Shown in pieces: positions 50,531-63,009 of a stretch of 64,000 bases of DNA (the first letter of the stretch is position 1; each line of letters opens with the position of its first letter). The DNA comes from Tilletiaria anomala UBC 951 (lineage: Eukaryota). The stretch covers positions 124,001 through 188,000 of the forward strand of contig NW_013547012.1 in assembly GCF_000711695.1 (NCBI RefSeq), written 5' to 3'. The notes under the pieces are model-generated. The model was not told where the DNA came from. It did not search any database and saw only the letters and a program-made list of their open reading frames with translations. The position numbers and the translations under genes are program-made.

Positions 50531-52042
50531 AATTGGACCGTCGAAGCCACCTCAGAAAATATGATGACGAGTGGAGGACATCCATGGAACATCTGATGGG
50601 TGATGGGGAAGGAAAGGATGGGGGGAAAGAGCAAACAGCGATGAACATCGGTGACAATTTGCGACTTGCGAGAACAAGTGCCTATGCATTTGTTCCGGGC
50701 TTCCGGCCAACGCAGCAGCCGAAAGGACCGGAGAGAGTGCACTAGCCTCTAAATGGAAAAAGCAGGAACAAAGAAAAATTGTACTGCGCAAGTTGCTTCC
50801 TGCTGTGCCAAACCGCAAAGAACCAATTCCGAAAATGTGCCAAAAAGAAGGGAATTGTGGGGAGAATGCGGGAGGCTGGGGAGAGGACTAGCGAGGGAAA
50901 AGATCACTGGAAACGTGCAAGCGAGATGAGGAAAAAGAAAGAAAAAGTTCTCCATGCGCTAAAATAGTGACCGGACCGGCGCACCAAAGAGAGACAGGCA
51001 CCTGAATATTTAAAGAATGGCACTACTGGCTGCGACGACTGCTGGTGTGCTTAAGGCCCACTGACCTCATCATCGCTCGCCTCCCCGCCGTGCATCGGTA
51101 CGTCACGCAGGTCATCCCGTCTGCTGCTTCGGAGAGGGGAAAGAGAGAGAGCCTGTGATTGGTACTTCACCTTTCGGGCGTTCTCTAGGATCTGGGCTAC
51201 CACTACCTGCTACATACGGCGTTAATTTTGGCGCTGTGGTCAGCGCTTTTCAGCCGACTACCCACTGGCCCTGGCTAGCAAGTTGGCACAGGTTGCCGCA
51301 CGTGGAGAGGCAGGTCCTGGAAATGACAGGTTGCAGCTGCTCAATTGGGAAGGCGAAGGGCTTGCGGCGATCGCTTTCGTGTGAGCCTGCTTGCGCTTGG
51401 CATGTACGTCGCGTCTGCAGAGTGCTGGCACCTGCAGAGAAGCAGACTTGCACACTGTACCCAGTGCTAATGTGCCGGTCAACGCTAGACCTCGCAACTA
51501 ACAAGACGAAGCATGATAGACAGGGACCCTCAATCGTATGTACAAACATAGCGAGGAGATTCCCGACGGACGTACTGGTTTTGAAGCAGAATTATTAAGT
51601 TTAGCAGGTCCAAATCCTGTCTATGTATGTATATGCATCCCTTCTACATCCGCCTTCATCGACATCCCTGTCGAGTGTCGAGTCTTTGGTCATCGGTGCT
51701 GTCTTTCGGCACCTACAGGAACACATAGGTGCATATGTATTCGGTGCTGAGATGGTGGGCAACATGCACCAGGCACGAACGTGGAATGCGATTGCCCATT
51801 TCTTTCTTTCTTTCTGATGAGCTTCTTCCGACCCCGTGGGGATATGTAAACGAGGGGATGGCCCATGAAGGGCAATTGATGTGAAGTCTGGGCAAGTGCC
51901 GGTGCAGCACCAGTTAACGTGAGTGACGACCTCGCACACTCGCTGAAGACCTTGTCAGCTCGAGAAGTTGGGGGGCTCCCATCTCATCGAGAACGAGAGC
52001 CGATGCACTAACTTTACGAGTCCCTGCGAGAGATCAAGTTGC

Positions 52043-52048
52043 TATAAA
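52043..52048 (+). promoter_or_regulatory. TATA box of the GH42 gene
   Basis: TATAAA about 110 nt upstream of ATG 52154, followed by a pyrimidine-rich leader. Confidence 0.5.
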
Positions 52049-52153
52049 TGATAAAGACAGAGCACTCTTTACGCATTCTCAGCCGTCCGATCCCTCGCTA
52101 CCCGCCCATCCTCTCCAATTTCCCTGGCCACCTTCTCCAGCGCACTCGCCACC

Positions 52154-54831
52154 ATGCTGCACCAGAACGTCGCCCTCAAGTCCCTCGCCTCGCTGGCGCT
52201 CCTCCTTCCCTCTCTCACCGCCGCCGCTACTTTACAAGTCGCGTCCCCTGAACGGCCATTTATCCTCGCCGAGCGGACGGCTGGTTCGTACCCGTCGAGC
52301 TCCAGCAACTCCACCTCCGCTTCACTTGGCGCGTTCCCCCATGGCTTGCACTTTGGCGTCGACTATTACCCCGAAGCCTGGGTTGACCCGGGCGAGCTCG
52401 ACAAGAAGGCCACCGACACGCAACGGCAGAAGGAGGCCGGGCTACAGTACGTTCGCATAGGCGAGTTCATGTGGAAGAACATCGAGCCACAGGATGGTGT
52501 GTACAACTTCACTTTGCTCGATCAAGCGATCGAGGACATTGGCTCCAAGGGCATGAAGGTGATCCTCGGCACGCCGACAGCCACACCGCCGAGGTGGGCC
52601 TCGCTCAAGTACGACATTCTGCCGCAGGATAGCATGCACTTTGACCGCATTCACGGGTCTCGAAGGCACTACAGCTTCAGCAGCCCGGACTACCAGATGT
52701 TGTCGAAGCGCATCACCAAGAAGCTGGCGGAGCGATATGGCGACAACCCGCATGTCGGAGCCATCCAGCTCGACAACGAGTTTGGATGTGAGTCTTCTAA
52801 GCGCAGCTTTTTTGCAATTTCCTGAACATTCCCCCTCCCAATGACGTTGACGATCATTGACGTACTCCCTCAGGTCACTCGACGGTGCGCACATACGACA
52901 AGCACGCCAAGGGCGCCTTTCAAAAATGGTTGCAGAACAAGTACGGCGATGTGGAGACGATGAACCGCCTGCAAGGCAACACTTTCTGGTCTCAAGCCTA
53001 CGACGCATTCGACGAGGTCGATGTCCCCACGCAGGAAGTCACAGAGTCCAACCCGGCCCTGCGGCTTGACTTCTTCGAGTTCAGCTCCGACCAGGTCATT
53101 GCTTTCGCCAAGGACCAGGCTGACATTTGGAGGAAGTACCGCAAGCACAACGCGCCTATCTCCACCAATTTCATGGGCTTCTTTGTCGACTTTGACCACC
53201 ACAAGTTTGCCAAGGTTCGTTCTGCGCTGTTTTCCCCTGGAAGCCTCTCAAGTTCGTGTCACACTGATGCTCCGTGACTTCCTACTCCATGAAAATTTAA
53301 GGAAGTTGGGCTCGAGCTCGCCACTTTTGACTCTTATCCGCTCGGCAACACCGAGCAGTTCGACTGGGTGCCGACCGCTGACAAGGTCAAGTACGGTCGT
53401 CAAGGCCGGCCAGACGCGCAGAGCTTCCACTTTGAGCTCTACAAGGGTGTCGCTGGCATGGGCAAGGGCCAAGCCACGGGTGACTGGGGTGTAATGGAGT
53501 TGCAGCCAGGTGCTGTCAACTGGGCCCAGTACAATCGTGAGTACCCGCAAAAGGGCCACCAAACGGCTCGCAGAGGTTGGCCAACGGCTGACGCTTGCTT
53601 GTGTGGTTCTCCATGCAATCACTAGCCATCCCGCTCAAGGGTATGGTTAGACTTTGGCTACACGAGATCTTCGCCCACGGAGGGTCCCTTGCAGCCATTT
53701 TCCGCTGGCGTGAGGCATTCTACGGCGAAGAGCAGGTGAGTCGCGCGCAGTGGACGATGCAACTCGCCTCTTATAGCAGCTGACCTTGCTTCTGCCCCGT
53801 AGATGCATGAGGCCATGTACAGACGCGACAACACTCAGAACCAGGCTTACATCGAGCAGCAAGAAGTTGCCACCAAGGACCTGCCGGCTCTGATCCAAGC
53901 TGGCTTGCTGTCGGAGGTACAAGGCGAGACGGGCACTGTGACCACCTGGTCCGCGGAGACGCCCAAAACCAAGGTCGCCTTCGTCCACGACTATTACTCG
54001 CAGTTCGTTCTCGAGAGCAACCCGCAAGGTGGTATCTGGTCGACAAACACGTTCAACAGTGTGCCTTTCGTTTGGCACGAGATCAACGGAAACTTCTACA
54101 GCGCGCTGCGCCGTCTCGGCCTCGCAGTTGATGTCATTAGCCCTGACACCGACCTTAGCGCATATGACCTCGTCGTCGTGCCCGCCATGGCTCACATTTC
54201 CGATGCATTCGAGAAGCACCTCAACGCTTACAAAGGAAGCATTGTCTTCGGCCCTCGGTCAGCTTCCAAGGTCGACACTCTTTCCATTCCAGACGGTCTC
54301 CCGCCTTCCGCTGGCGCCGTTCGTGACCGTCTCCCCATCAGCGTGAACCGCGTCGAGTCTCTGCGCCCCGATCTCGCTGACAAGGTCAGCTTTGGCGGTA
54401 AGGAGTACCCCGTCAAGTCGTGGGCCGAGTGGGTCCGCTGTGCACGCAACGGCACCAACACCTCCATGCCCGTAGAGGCTACGTTCAGCAGCTATCGCGA
54501 CGGCGAGCCTGCAACCTGTGCGCACAAGACCGAGGACGGCAAGGTGTCGCGCTACGTTGCCTACTACGCCGACGCCAACTTCCTCACGGCTTACCTCGGC
54601 AAGGTCGCCTCGGAAGCCGGCATCAAGGACGTGTGGGGAAACACTGTCTCCAGCAGCTCAGACCTTGGCGAAGACTTGCGCTTCTCTCGTCAAGGCAATG
54701 CCGTATTCGCATTCAATTATGGCCCATCAGCGGTCGACGTGCCGAGCTCGGTGCCTTCGAGCGCATCCGTCATCGTTGGTGATGCCAAGTCCGTTGCCGC
54801 CGCCGGCGTCGCGGTCTGGAAACTGTCATAA
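52154..54831 (+). CDS. Secreted beta-galactosidase, glycoside hydrolase family 42, 5 exons
   Basis: Signal peptide; GVDYYPEAW, YVRIGEFMW..IEP, VILGTPTATPP, GSRRHY, acid/base DNEFG|CH, TNFMGFF, FDSYPLG, nucleophile VMELQPG, FRWR..GEEQ|MH; trimerisation-domain region present. Confidence 0.93.
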
Positions 54832-54964
54832 CCGCCTCCCACTTTCGTTCGAAGAATTGTGGCTGCAAAACTTTGCACGCGCTCTTGCTGTACATGAACT
54901 TACATTCAAACGAGGTCGCATACATGCGGACCATGCCGCCTCGCCTCCTGCACTAATTCCATGC

Positions 54965-57900
54965 TCAGGTGCTCTGCTCCTTCACGTAGTACTGACAAGG
55001 GCCTAGGGTCACATAATCGTGGCCTTTGATGATTCGTTTACGAATTGTCATCGAAACCATCGGGTTTGGCGATACCTCCGGGCCCGCCCGCAGATCCAGA
55101 AGCGAGCCGAGCAGAGGCTGCAGCCTTTTTGTCAGAGCAACCGTGTCCGAAGTCTTGCGCAGTTCACGCGGATCAATGCCTTCAAACAATTTGCTCTGCA
55201 TCGCCCGTGAAACATCAGTCACATGAAGCGAGAAGACACCGCAGGTTCACAAGCGGTAAACTTACAGCTTCTTGCTTGCCTTCAATGATGATGCCCTGTC
55301 CGATCTTAGAGCTGTCGTCCTGGATGACAAAGCCAACGCGCCAGTCGTGCACGAAAGATGTGCCCTCCTCGTTTTTGCACGCATTGTTCGGACATACCAC
55401 TGGGCCATCCTCAATACTGTGCAATGAAGAGAATGGAAGGGAGATGTTAGAAAAGAGGAATTTGACGGTCAACCGGGTCAATTGTTTGTGCACGCACGTC
55501 CGTACTCTGTTGCATTTCAAACACCGGAGCACAACCCAATCAATTGGATTAGGCGGTCGTACATTCATGACACGGGCTCTGACGAGGAAGGTCGAGTCCT
55601 TTACTTGTTTGCTTTTCAAATCGGCAATTGTGGCGACCGCGAAATCTTTGCCAGGCAGAGTCGAGCGAAAAGCAGGGAGACGACCACCAGCAGTAGCAGA
55701 GGTAAGAGCAGAAGCATTCGTTGACGTTGCCTTCAACAAATTCGGCTTGCGTTCGTGCGATTCTCCTTTGTCGGCATCATCAACGCCCGCCAATTGTGAC
55801 TCAGCTTGCGGAGAGGTTTGAGACATCTGTGCTCTGACATTGCGTAGAGGGCGCCTCGACGGCGTGGGCAGCGCAGTCCCTTCCGACGAGGCCGAAGTAG
55901 CCGTGCTCTGTGCTATGCTACTCGGGGTGTGAGAGAGACCCGCCGTGAACGCTCCTGATCTGAGACGCTGAGCAACGAGAACCGGTCTGGGCGTCCCAGC
56001 GGACGATTCAGCGCTCGGGGGTTGCTGAAGACCGGGATTACCCATTGTCGGAGAAGCAGCGGTGGACGCCGGAGGTGAAGGATTCGTAGCACTACTTCTC
56101 AACATTTCTCGGTATAGTCTTTTGCGCCTTTGGAATAGGAACGTGGTCGTTAGAACGACACTTCCCTGAATTCTGCCAGGGTAAGTGATATACTCACTCA
56201 AGCAACATCTCCACTTCCGGCTCGTCATCTTGAACTGGCAGGAAATCGAGACCGCCACGCTTGTCGGACTCAAAATTGCCAAGGGTTCCCTCAAGCATGC
56301 GAGTGTCGAACTGGCTGACCTTGGCACGGACATTCTTAAAGTGGTAGCGCTTGTTTGCGCGAAGGACTTCAGTAGCAGCGCGCTGCGCACCGAATAGCGT
56401 GATGTGGAATACGCGCCCTCCGCCGTCGCCCGGGATGACGTCTTCAGGAGGCGGGAAGCCGAGGCGCGCATGCAGCAGCGCGTCGTTCTCGCGATCGAAG
56501 CAGGGGTGTGCAGTGTAGTCGGTGACCGTGATGAACGGGCGGGCGCCGACGCTGACATCCAGCACCTCCACCACGCAATCAAAGAAGAGCTGCGGGCGCG
56601 TCTGGTCCAGCGTGATGAGCATGCGTGCTTTCCTGCTAGCGCTGTCCTCGCCCGCCTCGCCAGAAAGCGTCAGCTTTCCCCAAAGCGCGAGCCTATGCGC
56701 GTACTCGCGCTCCGCTGCGGATGGCTCGCCGGGCCAGTTGCTCGATTTCCAACATTGAGGCTCGCCGTTCGGGCTGAGGCGGAGCATCATCCAGCAGTTG
56801 GGCTTGCCGTTGTTGCTGCGCAAGAAGCTCTTGGCTTGCAGCGTCAGTCCTCTGGACGCCTCGTTCTTCCTGACCGCAAAGTTGCGCGCCACGATGACGT
56901 CTCCCGTTTGAGGACGCGGGGGTAGGTCTTTTGCATCAGGGCGGAAGAATTGCATGCCTATATGCGTCGTATTGGTCCCAAGGGAAGGCGAATTGTCGAT
57001 CGTCTGCAAAGTTAGGATGTAATCATGTGTGCCCCCTGTGGCTCGCGTCGGCAAGGTGCTCTGGGTGACGAGGCCAATCAGATCAGATCGCGAACTGTCT
57101 CTGATTTTGTTGAACCGCTGGTAGGCGTTTCCCGCAAGCACGATGGGGTTTGCGAGCTCTTCTTCGGAGGGTGAAAGCGGTGTCAACATCGGTAGATCAC
57201 GGTCCTGCGTTCGCTGTCGATGGAAGTGAAGTGACGCCGCAAAGCCTGGATTGCCACCAGCAGAAGCGGCGCCATGGATACCATTGTTGGTTTCTCGCGT
57301 TATGCTTGAACCAGTATTCGACGCCGGCAAGAACGGCGCCAATTGTTCTGCCACGCCAGCAGACTGGAGCAAGGTATTCGGCGCTGATATCGTCCGAGCC
57401 AGAGCTTGCTGGGGCTTTTGGGTCTCAGTTTGGGGCCGCGGAGGCGCCGGGGGCAGCGGGCGTTGCGGCAGCGCGCCTACGGGCGGCGGCGGTGGTGGTG
57501 ATGCCGTTTGTGTTCGAACAGCTGCAGATATCTCCCTTCCTCCGAGCGGCTCAGGTGTGTTGATATCAAAGTTAAGTAAGTCATCCTCTTCCATTGGCTC
57601 CGGCTTCGCGGATGGGTTGCTCTCCTCTTCCGCCACCACGAGCTCTGCAGCTCGCATTTGTTCCTCAAATTGCCTGTCAAGGTCCACGTCCATCTCCTCT
57701 GCATCCTGCCCAATGCGCGGAAGCGGCTGTCCTTCTGAACCTGACTCCAGCTTAGGCTGGGAACGTTGCAGAATGCTCTGTTTGAGTGCAATTAAGCGAG
57801 CTGCTGCTTCCGTAGAAGGGTAGATTGTATGCAGACCAAGGGCAGGATCGGGGTGCTCGAACCACTTGATGCTCTTGCCAGCCGGCCAAACAGGAGCAAT

Positions 57901-58757
57901 TTGAGCCATGCAGACGCGCTCTTGAAAGAGAATATGCAACCCTGACGTCGTCTGCTCTTCATTCGCGACAAGCATGGCTCCGAGGCCGGAGATGAAGATA
58001 GAAGGCGACGGAGCACTTGGACTGGGGCCGTGGTTGTCGATGCGGCCTTGCAAGTAGAGACGAACTGCTTCTACAACCTCGCCGCGGAAGACGAGTAAGA
58101 GTGTGTCGTCATGCCGAGAGGAGCTGCCGTTGCTGCTCAATGATCGCACCGGTACCTGCAGGTCGAGTGGGAACCATCGATGCGAGATCAAGATGGGTAC
58201 GTGACAGGCGAAAGGAGACACCATACACTCACTTTCATTTCGGGGACACCATCTCTCTCTCTGGTCTGCCCGAGCCGTGAAAGTTCAGCGCAGATGCACA
58301 CACTGCTACCGCGATCACTCGAGATGGCCTCTAGCCACGCATCCTCGTCCACGCTCCTGCCAAGACGCGACTCTTCCGCAGGCCCGACGGGGCACTCCAC
58401 CTCCGGCGCTGCTTGTGCTTTCCTCTTGCCGTTCGCCGACTTTTTGCGCTTGTTGGAGCCACTGTGACCGCCATCTAGCACGCTGCTTGATCCTTCTCTG
58501 GCCGCATACTCCCCATAGCCATAAGGATCAACTGAGAGCTCGCGTTTCGCGCCGGCGGTGAATGCGCTGTCATGCGAGGCGCGATCGATGCTGCGGTGCT
58601 GAAAAGGCTGTTGCATCCTTTCTGGATTGAAGTCCGCTGAGCCGCTCGCTGCACCTCTGGAACACACTCCCGCTACCAAATGATGATGCGGGTGCGACGT
58701 GGATAGCTGCTGGCCGGCGCGCCTGGCCTCGTTCGGCAGTCCTCTGCCGCGTGGCAT
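54965..58757 (-). CDS. POT1: Telomere ssDNA-binding protein Pot1 (OB folds), multi-exon, with N-terminal extension
   Basis: OB1 DLIGLV..PTRATGGTHDYILTL..QFFRP..LPP..GDVIVARN; OB2 QLFFDCVVEVL..ITVTDYT; C-terminal OB with FLVRARV..PP..CLKC..CPNNAC..FVIQD. Confidence 0.8.
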
Positions 58758-59208
58758 TGCGCTGGGAGACCACGTTCAAGCTCCTTCCTTTGCTAGCTGC
58801 TTATGCCACTGACTGAGCAGGTTTTGGGGTGGGTGTTAACGTTGGAGGGGAAGAATGCGACGAATCAAAAGGGTACTTCGACTCGCTTATAACTATATAT
58901 ATGAATCATATGTGCTTCTCATCAATTGAAGAGAGAAAGAGTGAGAGAACAACACAAAAAGCGCATCGATCGCGCCTCTGAGACGCGTCGCGTCGCGCCC
59001 CATCGCACCACTCCCCTCACAGTCGCCGCATGCTTCCCATTTCCATCTCCTATGCCCTCCCCTTGCCTCTCCTTTCACCAGCGCGAAATATAACAATAGG
59101 ACACACCACATTGGATAGAATCGAACAGAATGTGTGACCACGCACGCGATCAGTAGCAACGATACAGTTGCAGGTGCCATTGTAGAGAGGGAAAACTTGG
59201 CGCGGTGC

Positions 59209-60670
59209 CTATAGCCTGCCAGAACTCTGCACAAGATACGATCCATTCCCCTCCATCACAGCCGCTGCTTCCTTCACCATCTGCAGGAGAACCAAAGGCA
59301 GAAAACATCAAGTCAGCAACCGCACAGGAAAAGCGAGGGGAAGGTGCCTCTCCTCCCCTAAGAGAAAATTCACGGCAACTCACAGAATTGACGATCTCGC
59401 GCGCATAAGGGATATCCTCGACCATGCACGCGACATAGCCGGCGAACCAGTGCGACAATGCGCCTTTCATGATGCTTCCGTCGGGATCGTCTTTCTCCAA
59501 GTCATGCATAACGGGGATGATGCCTCTGGACGTCAGCTCTTTGATCTTCTCCGGCTTGGCTTCCCCTGTTGCGTGAAATGGTTCGTGCGGATAAGCAATG
59601 CAGATGAGGAGGGCGGTGACCTCGCGTGTGTGATTAAAGAAAGGCAGAACAACGCGACAGCAAACTCACAAGCTTCCACGTAAGGCGTCTTGACAAGTCG
59701 GAGCGGCCTGCCGGTAAAGATGACTGTGCGGATCAAGTCGTCCGGGCCAGCTTTGAGGATGGCCTCCTTGTGCAACTTTGGCGCACCAGCCTCCTTTGTG
59801 CACACGAAGCGCGTGCCGACCCAGACGCCCACGGCACCGTAGCCGAGTGCAGCAGCGACGCCACGTCCGTCGAAGATACCTCCACCCGCGAGGACCATGA
59901 TGGGTTGCCCTGTCAGCGGTGAGACGTGCCCTTTGCAGATGTCTACGACGCGGGGAATGAGGATGGACGATGGAATGTCGCCCGTGTGCCCGCCGGCTTC
60001 GCCGCCTTGGCAGCAGATCATATCCACGCCAGCACCCTCCAGCGCCTTGGTTACGTGCTTGGGGTGCCCAACGATGTTCCTGTGTCGAGTAGCAACGGTG
60101 CAAATCGCAAGACAAGGAGGATGTATGTATTTACGTCAGGGAAAATATCGTGCGAAAGGGGCAGGCGGGCAAGAGCACGGCTCACATGACCGGGATGCCC
60201 GCTTTGTGCAGCTTGTCTACAGCCCATCTTGGTGGGATGCCGACGGCGCACACAAACAGCTTAACGCCTTCCTCGACGATGATGTCGATCAGCTCTGGCA
60301 GCTTCCCCCTCGTATAGTCCTTGTTCGTCTTCCTTGCGTTCCCGCCGATCTGCGGCAGCAGCAGATCGACGCCGAATGGTGCGTGAGGGTTCCTGAGCAT
60401 CTTCTTGAGGTCGCAGATACTCTCGCGCAAGAATTTCGGCGTATACCCTACACCGCCGATGACGCCGATACCCCCAGCGTTGCACACGGCCGCGGCGAGC
60501 GTCGAAGAGGCAGCTTGGTTCATGCCCGCGAGCATGATCGGGTGCGGGACGGAGAAGAAGTCGGTCAGTGGTGTGCGAATCCGCTGCGGTAGGACCGGGT
60601 GGTGCTTGGTGGATTCGACGCCCGAGTCTTGATCGGGCATTGGTGGCAACATCGGTGCCATCTTGACCAT
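59209..60670 (-). CDS. Nitronate monooxygenase / 2-nitropropane dioxygenase family FMN enzyme, 4 exons
   Basis: HPIMLAGM, LAAAVCNAGGIGVIGG, PFGVDLLLPQIGGNARKTN, QGGEAGGHTG, VLAGGGIFDGRGVAAAL, GVWVGTRF, IFTGRPLR; last exon MVKEAAAV..SSGRL*. Confidence 0.92.
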
Positions 60671-61039
60671 AGATGCCTCTGGGTACTTGATGTCCCTTCG
60701 TCAACGCTTGTGCTCCCACGCCAGCTGCTGGCACTTGGAGGTGGGGGGGAGTATCGACAGATGCCGCCTCCTTGCCTCAGTCGGATGCGTGGAGTAAGCA
60801 GCGTTGTACATTCACACCATGATTTGAAGCTTGCGCATTCTCGGTATACCGCAACCAACCAGAGCGGGACAGCCTCCCCCAGTAGAAGACCCCAGTTGAA
60901 AAGGTGCACCACCTAACGGAAGCCGGATGCCAGGCACAACCCGAGGACCGAACTTTCGGGGGTAAAGCCCATCCATTTTCTATGTTCAGGGAGGCCCTCG
61001 CATACATGATACACACTGAGATAGGGAGAGGTTGCCTTG

Positions 61040-61280
61040 CGCCCGCCCAGCAATGCTACACAGCTACGCACTGCGGCGTTGATGAGTAGCCTATGGGTGT
61101 CGTTGCAGTGCTTTGAAATATAGCATGCAGTGTCTGGATTAAGTGTGCGTGAATTGTAAGGGGCGGCTATGGGCACTGATGCCTTGTTGCATTCGGTGCT
61201 GGCGACAAGACTCGTATAAATAGCGGGACACCTGGCGTTCGTCGCCAGAGTAGTGCGGACTGTTTGATATACGGGACAAC
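61040..61280 (-). mobile_element. Possible decayed Ty3/Gypsy RNase H fragment
   Basis: VYQTVRTTLAT..PIAAPYNSRTLNPDTACY..RLLINAAVR..LLGGRKAT resembles AFxTLKxxLxT..PIAYxSRxLNPAExNY..ELLAIVxA..YLxGRKFT. Confidence 0.45.
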
Positions 61281-61878
61281 GCGATGAAGTCAGAGCGCTC
61301 GAGCATACAATGATGAGGCGATAAGGAACTGGGCGTTTCGCCCTTTCGAGCCAATCCCTGTACGCCAGGGACTTCCTAGCGCGGCAGAAGCAGGGCTCAT
61401 GTACCCATCGGCCAGTATGTTTCCGCATGAGAAAACGCCTTCTCTTGCTCCTCAAATCGCATGGCTCAGATCTCGCAGCCCAGCCGCTGTCGCGTTTGGT
61501 ATCATGCCACCTACACCTTCCCCATTGTCAAACGCGCACAGCAGTCGAGGTTCGCCTCATGTTCATTGGAATCATTTATTAACTTGCTACGAGTAACAAC
61601 ATTAGAACAATTCAAGAGAGCTCGCGGGAACGGAAACTGGACTATGCATTTGTTTGATTTCATGGATGAAGATGAAGTCTGTAATGAAGATGGAAAAATG
61701 ATGTTGCAGATGTGCATGTGGCTGGTGATTGCGTGCCGTGTGCTTTGGTAGGCCCTAGAGAGGATGATGGACGGGCGTAGCATAGCTGTGACGGGATAAC
61801 CGAACTCGGTTGCCCCTCTGACTCATACTCCAAGCATTCGGCGTACCCTGCAACTCGAGGCCAAAGCTTGCTTGCGCC

Positions 61879-63009
61879 TCATACAACCAGCGGCGCCCGC
61901 TCCTCGTCGCTCAGCGCGATGCGGCCGCCACGGAACGCGGCGATTGTAGCACGCAGAACGGCGACGAGCGAGATGATGAAGAAGGCGAGCGCGGACCAGT
62001 GGATGAATGAGCTGGCTGTCTGGTGCTGGAAGATGGCGAGCAGCGAGAGGCAGATGACCAGTGCGCCGCCAATGTCTCCCTTGCCGTAGAACTGCGAGTG
62101 GGCGAGTGGGCAAGCGTGCGCGCGGCGGAGGGTGTTAGTCGTCGGGCACTGCATCACTACGCGGGAACACAGAGAGGGGGAACAGTACCTACCACGTAGC
62201 CGGCTGCGGTCGCCTCGAGGAAGAGAAGCGCCATGAAGACGAGGATCTTGGTGATGACGCCTGCGGAGTGCTTGTTTGCGTTGACGCCGAAGGCAGCAAA
62301 GCCCGAAACGACGAGCAAGACGACGACAAAGCCGTGGTACTGTAGCACGCACGAGGAGAAGAGGGATCGGTATGTTAACTCTGCCAGGGAAGAGGTATGG
62401 GACCCGCTTAGGACTCGAGACGCTCGCGACTCACCAAACTGAACGGAACATGGACGAAGAGCGCGTCGATCCACGAGCTTGGCGCGTGCCGCACCTTGAG
62501 GTCGCGGTAGATGTGCGAGATGACGCCGGCGGAGAGGAGGAGCGCGACGAACGCGAGGATCGAGAAAACCCGTCGGTCATGGTGCTCGCCGTGTTCGGTG
62601 CTGGCGGTGTTCAGCGCCGAGTATATGGACGTCAGGACTGGTTAGCGTACGCACAGTGTTGAGGAGAAAGAGCGATCAGCACAGGCTTTGGGGCTGAGCG
62701 AAGGGGGATGCATGCATGCATCTGGAAGAACGCACCTGCCAGAATGGGAAAGCGCCATCCGACGACCTTGACGACAGGGTCGTAGCCTACCTCGAAGAAC
62801 TGGATGACGACCATGCCGAGCAACAGCGTATGGATAACGGGCCAAACAGCGAAGATCCATCTCTCGGGCGTGATGTACGTCTCGTGCGGTCCGGCGCCCC
62901 AGTTGCCCTTCTCTGGGGCGAGCGAGGTGTAGGCGTTGGAGGAGAGGAAGATGACAAAGGCTAGGACGTTGACCGCCTTGATGGCCAGGCTGTCTTTCCA
63001 GTGCGCCAT
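61879..63009 (-). CDS. Conserved fungal multi-pass membrane protein (about 8 TM), 4 exons, C-terminal acidic dileucine-like motif
   Basis: [43 protein letters not shown]; ends DEERAPLVV. Exons join in phase at GT-AG sites. Confidence 0.8.
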
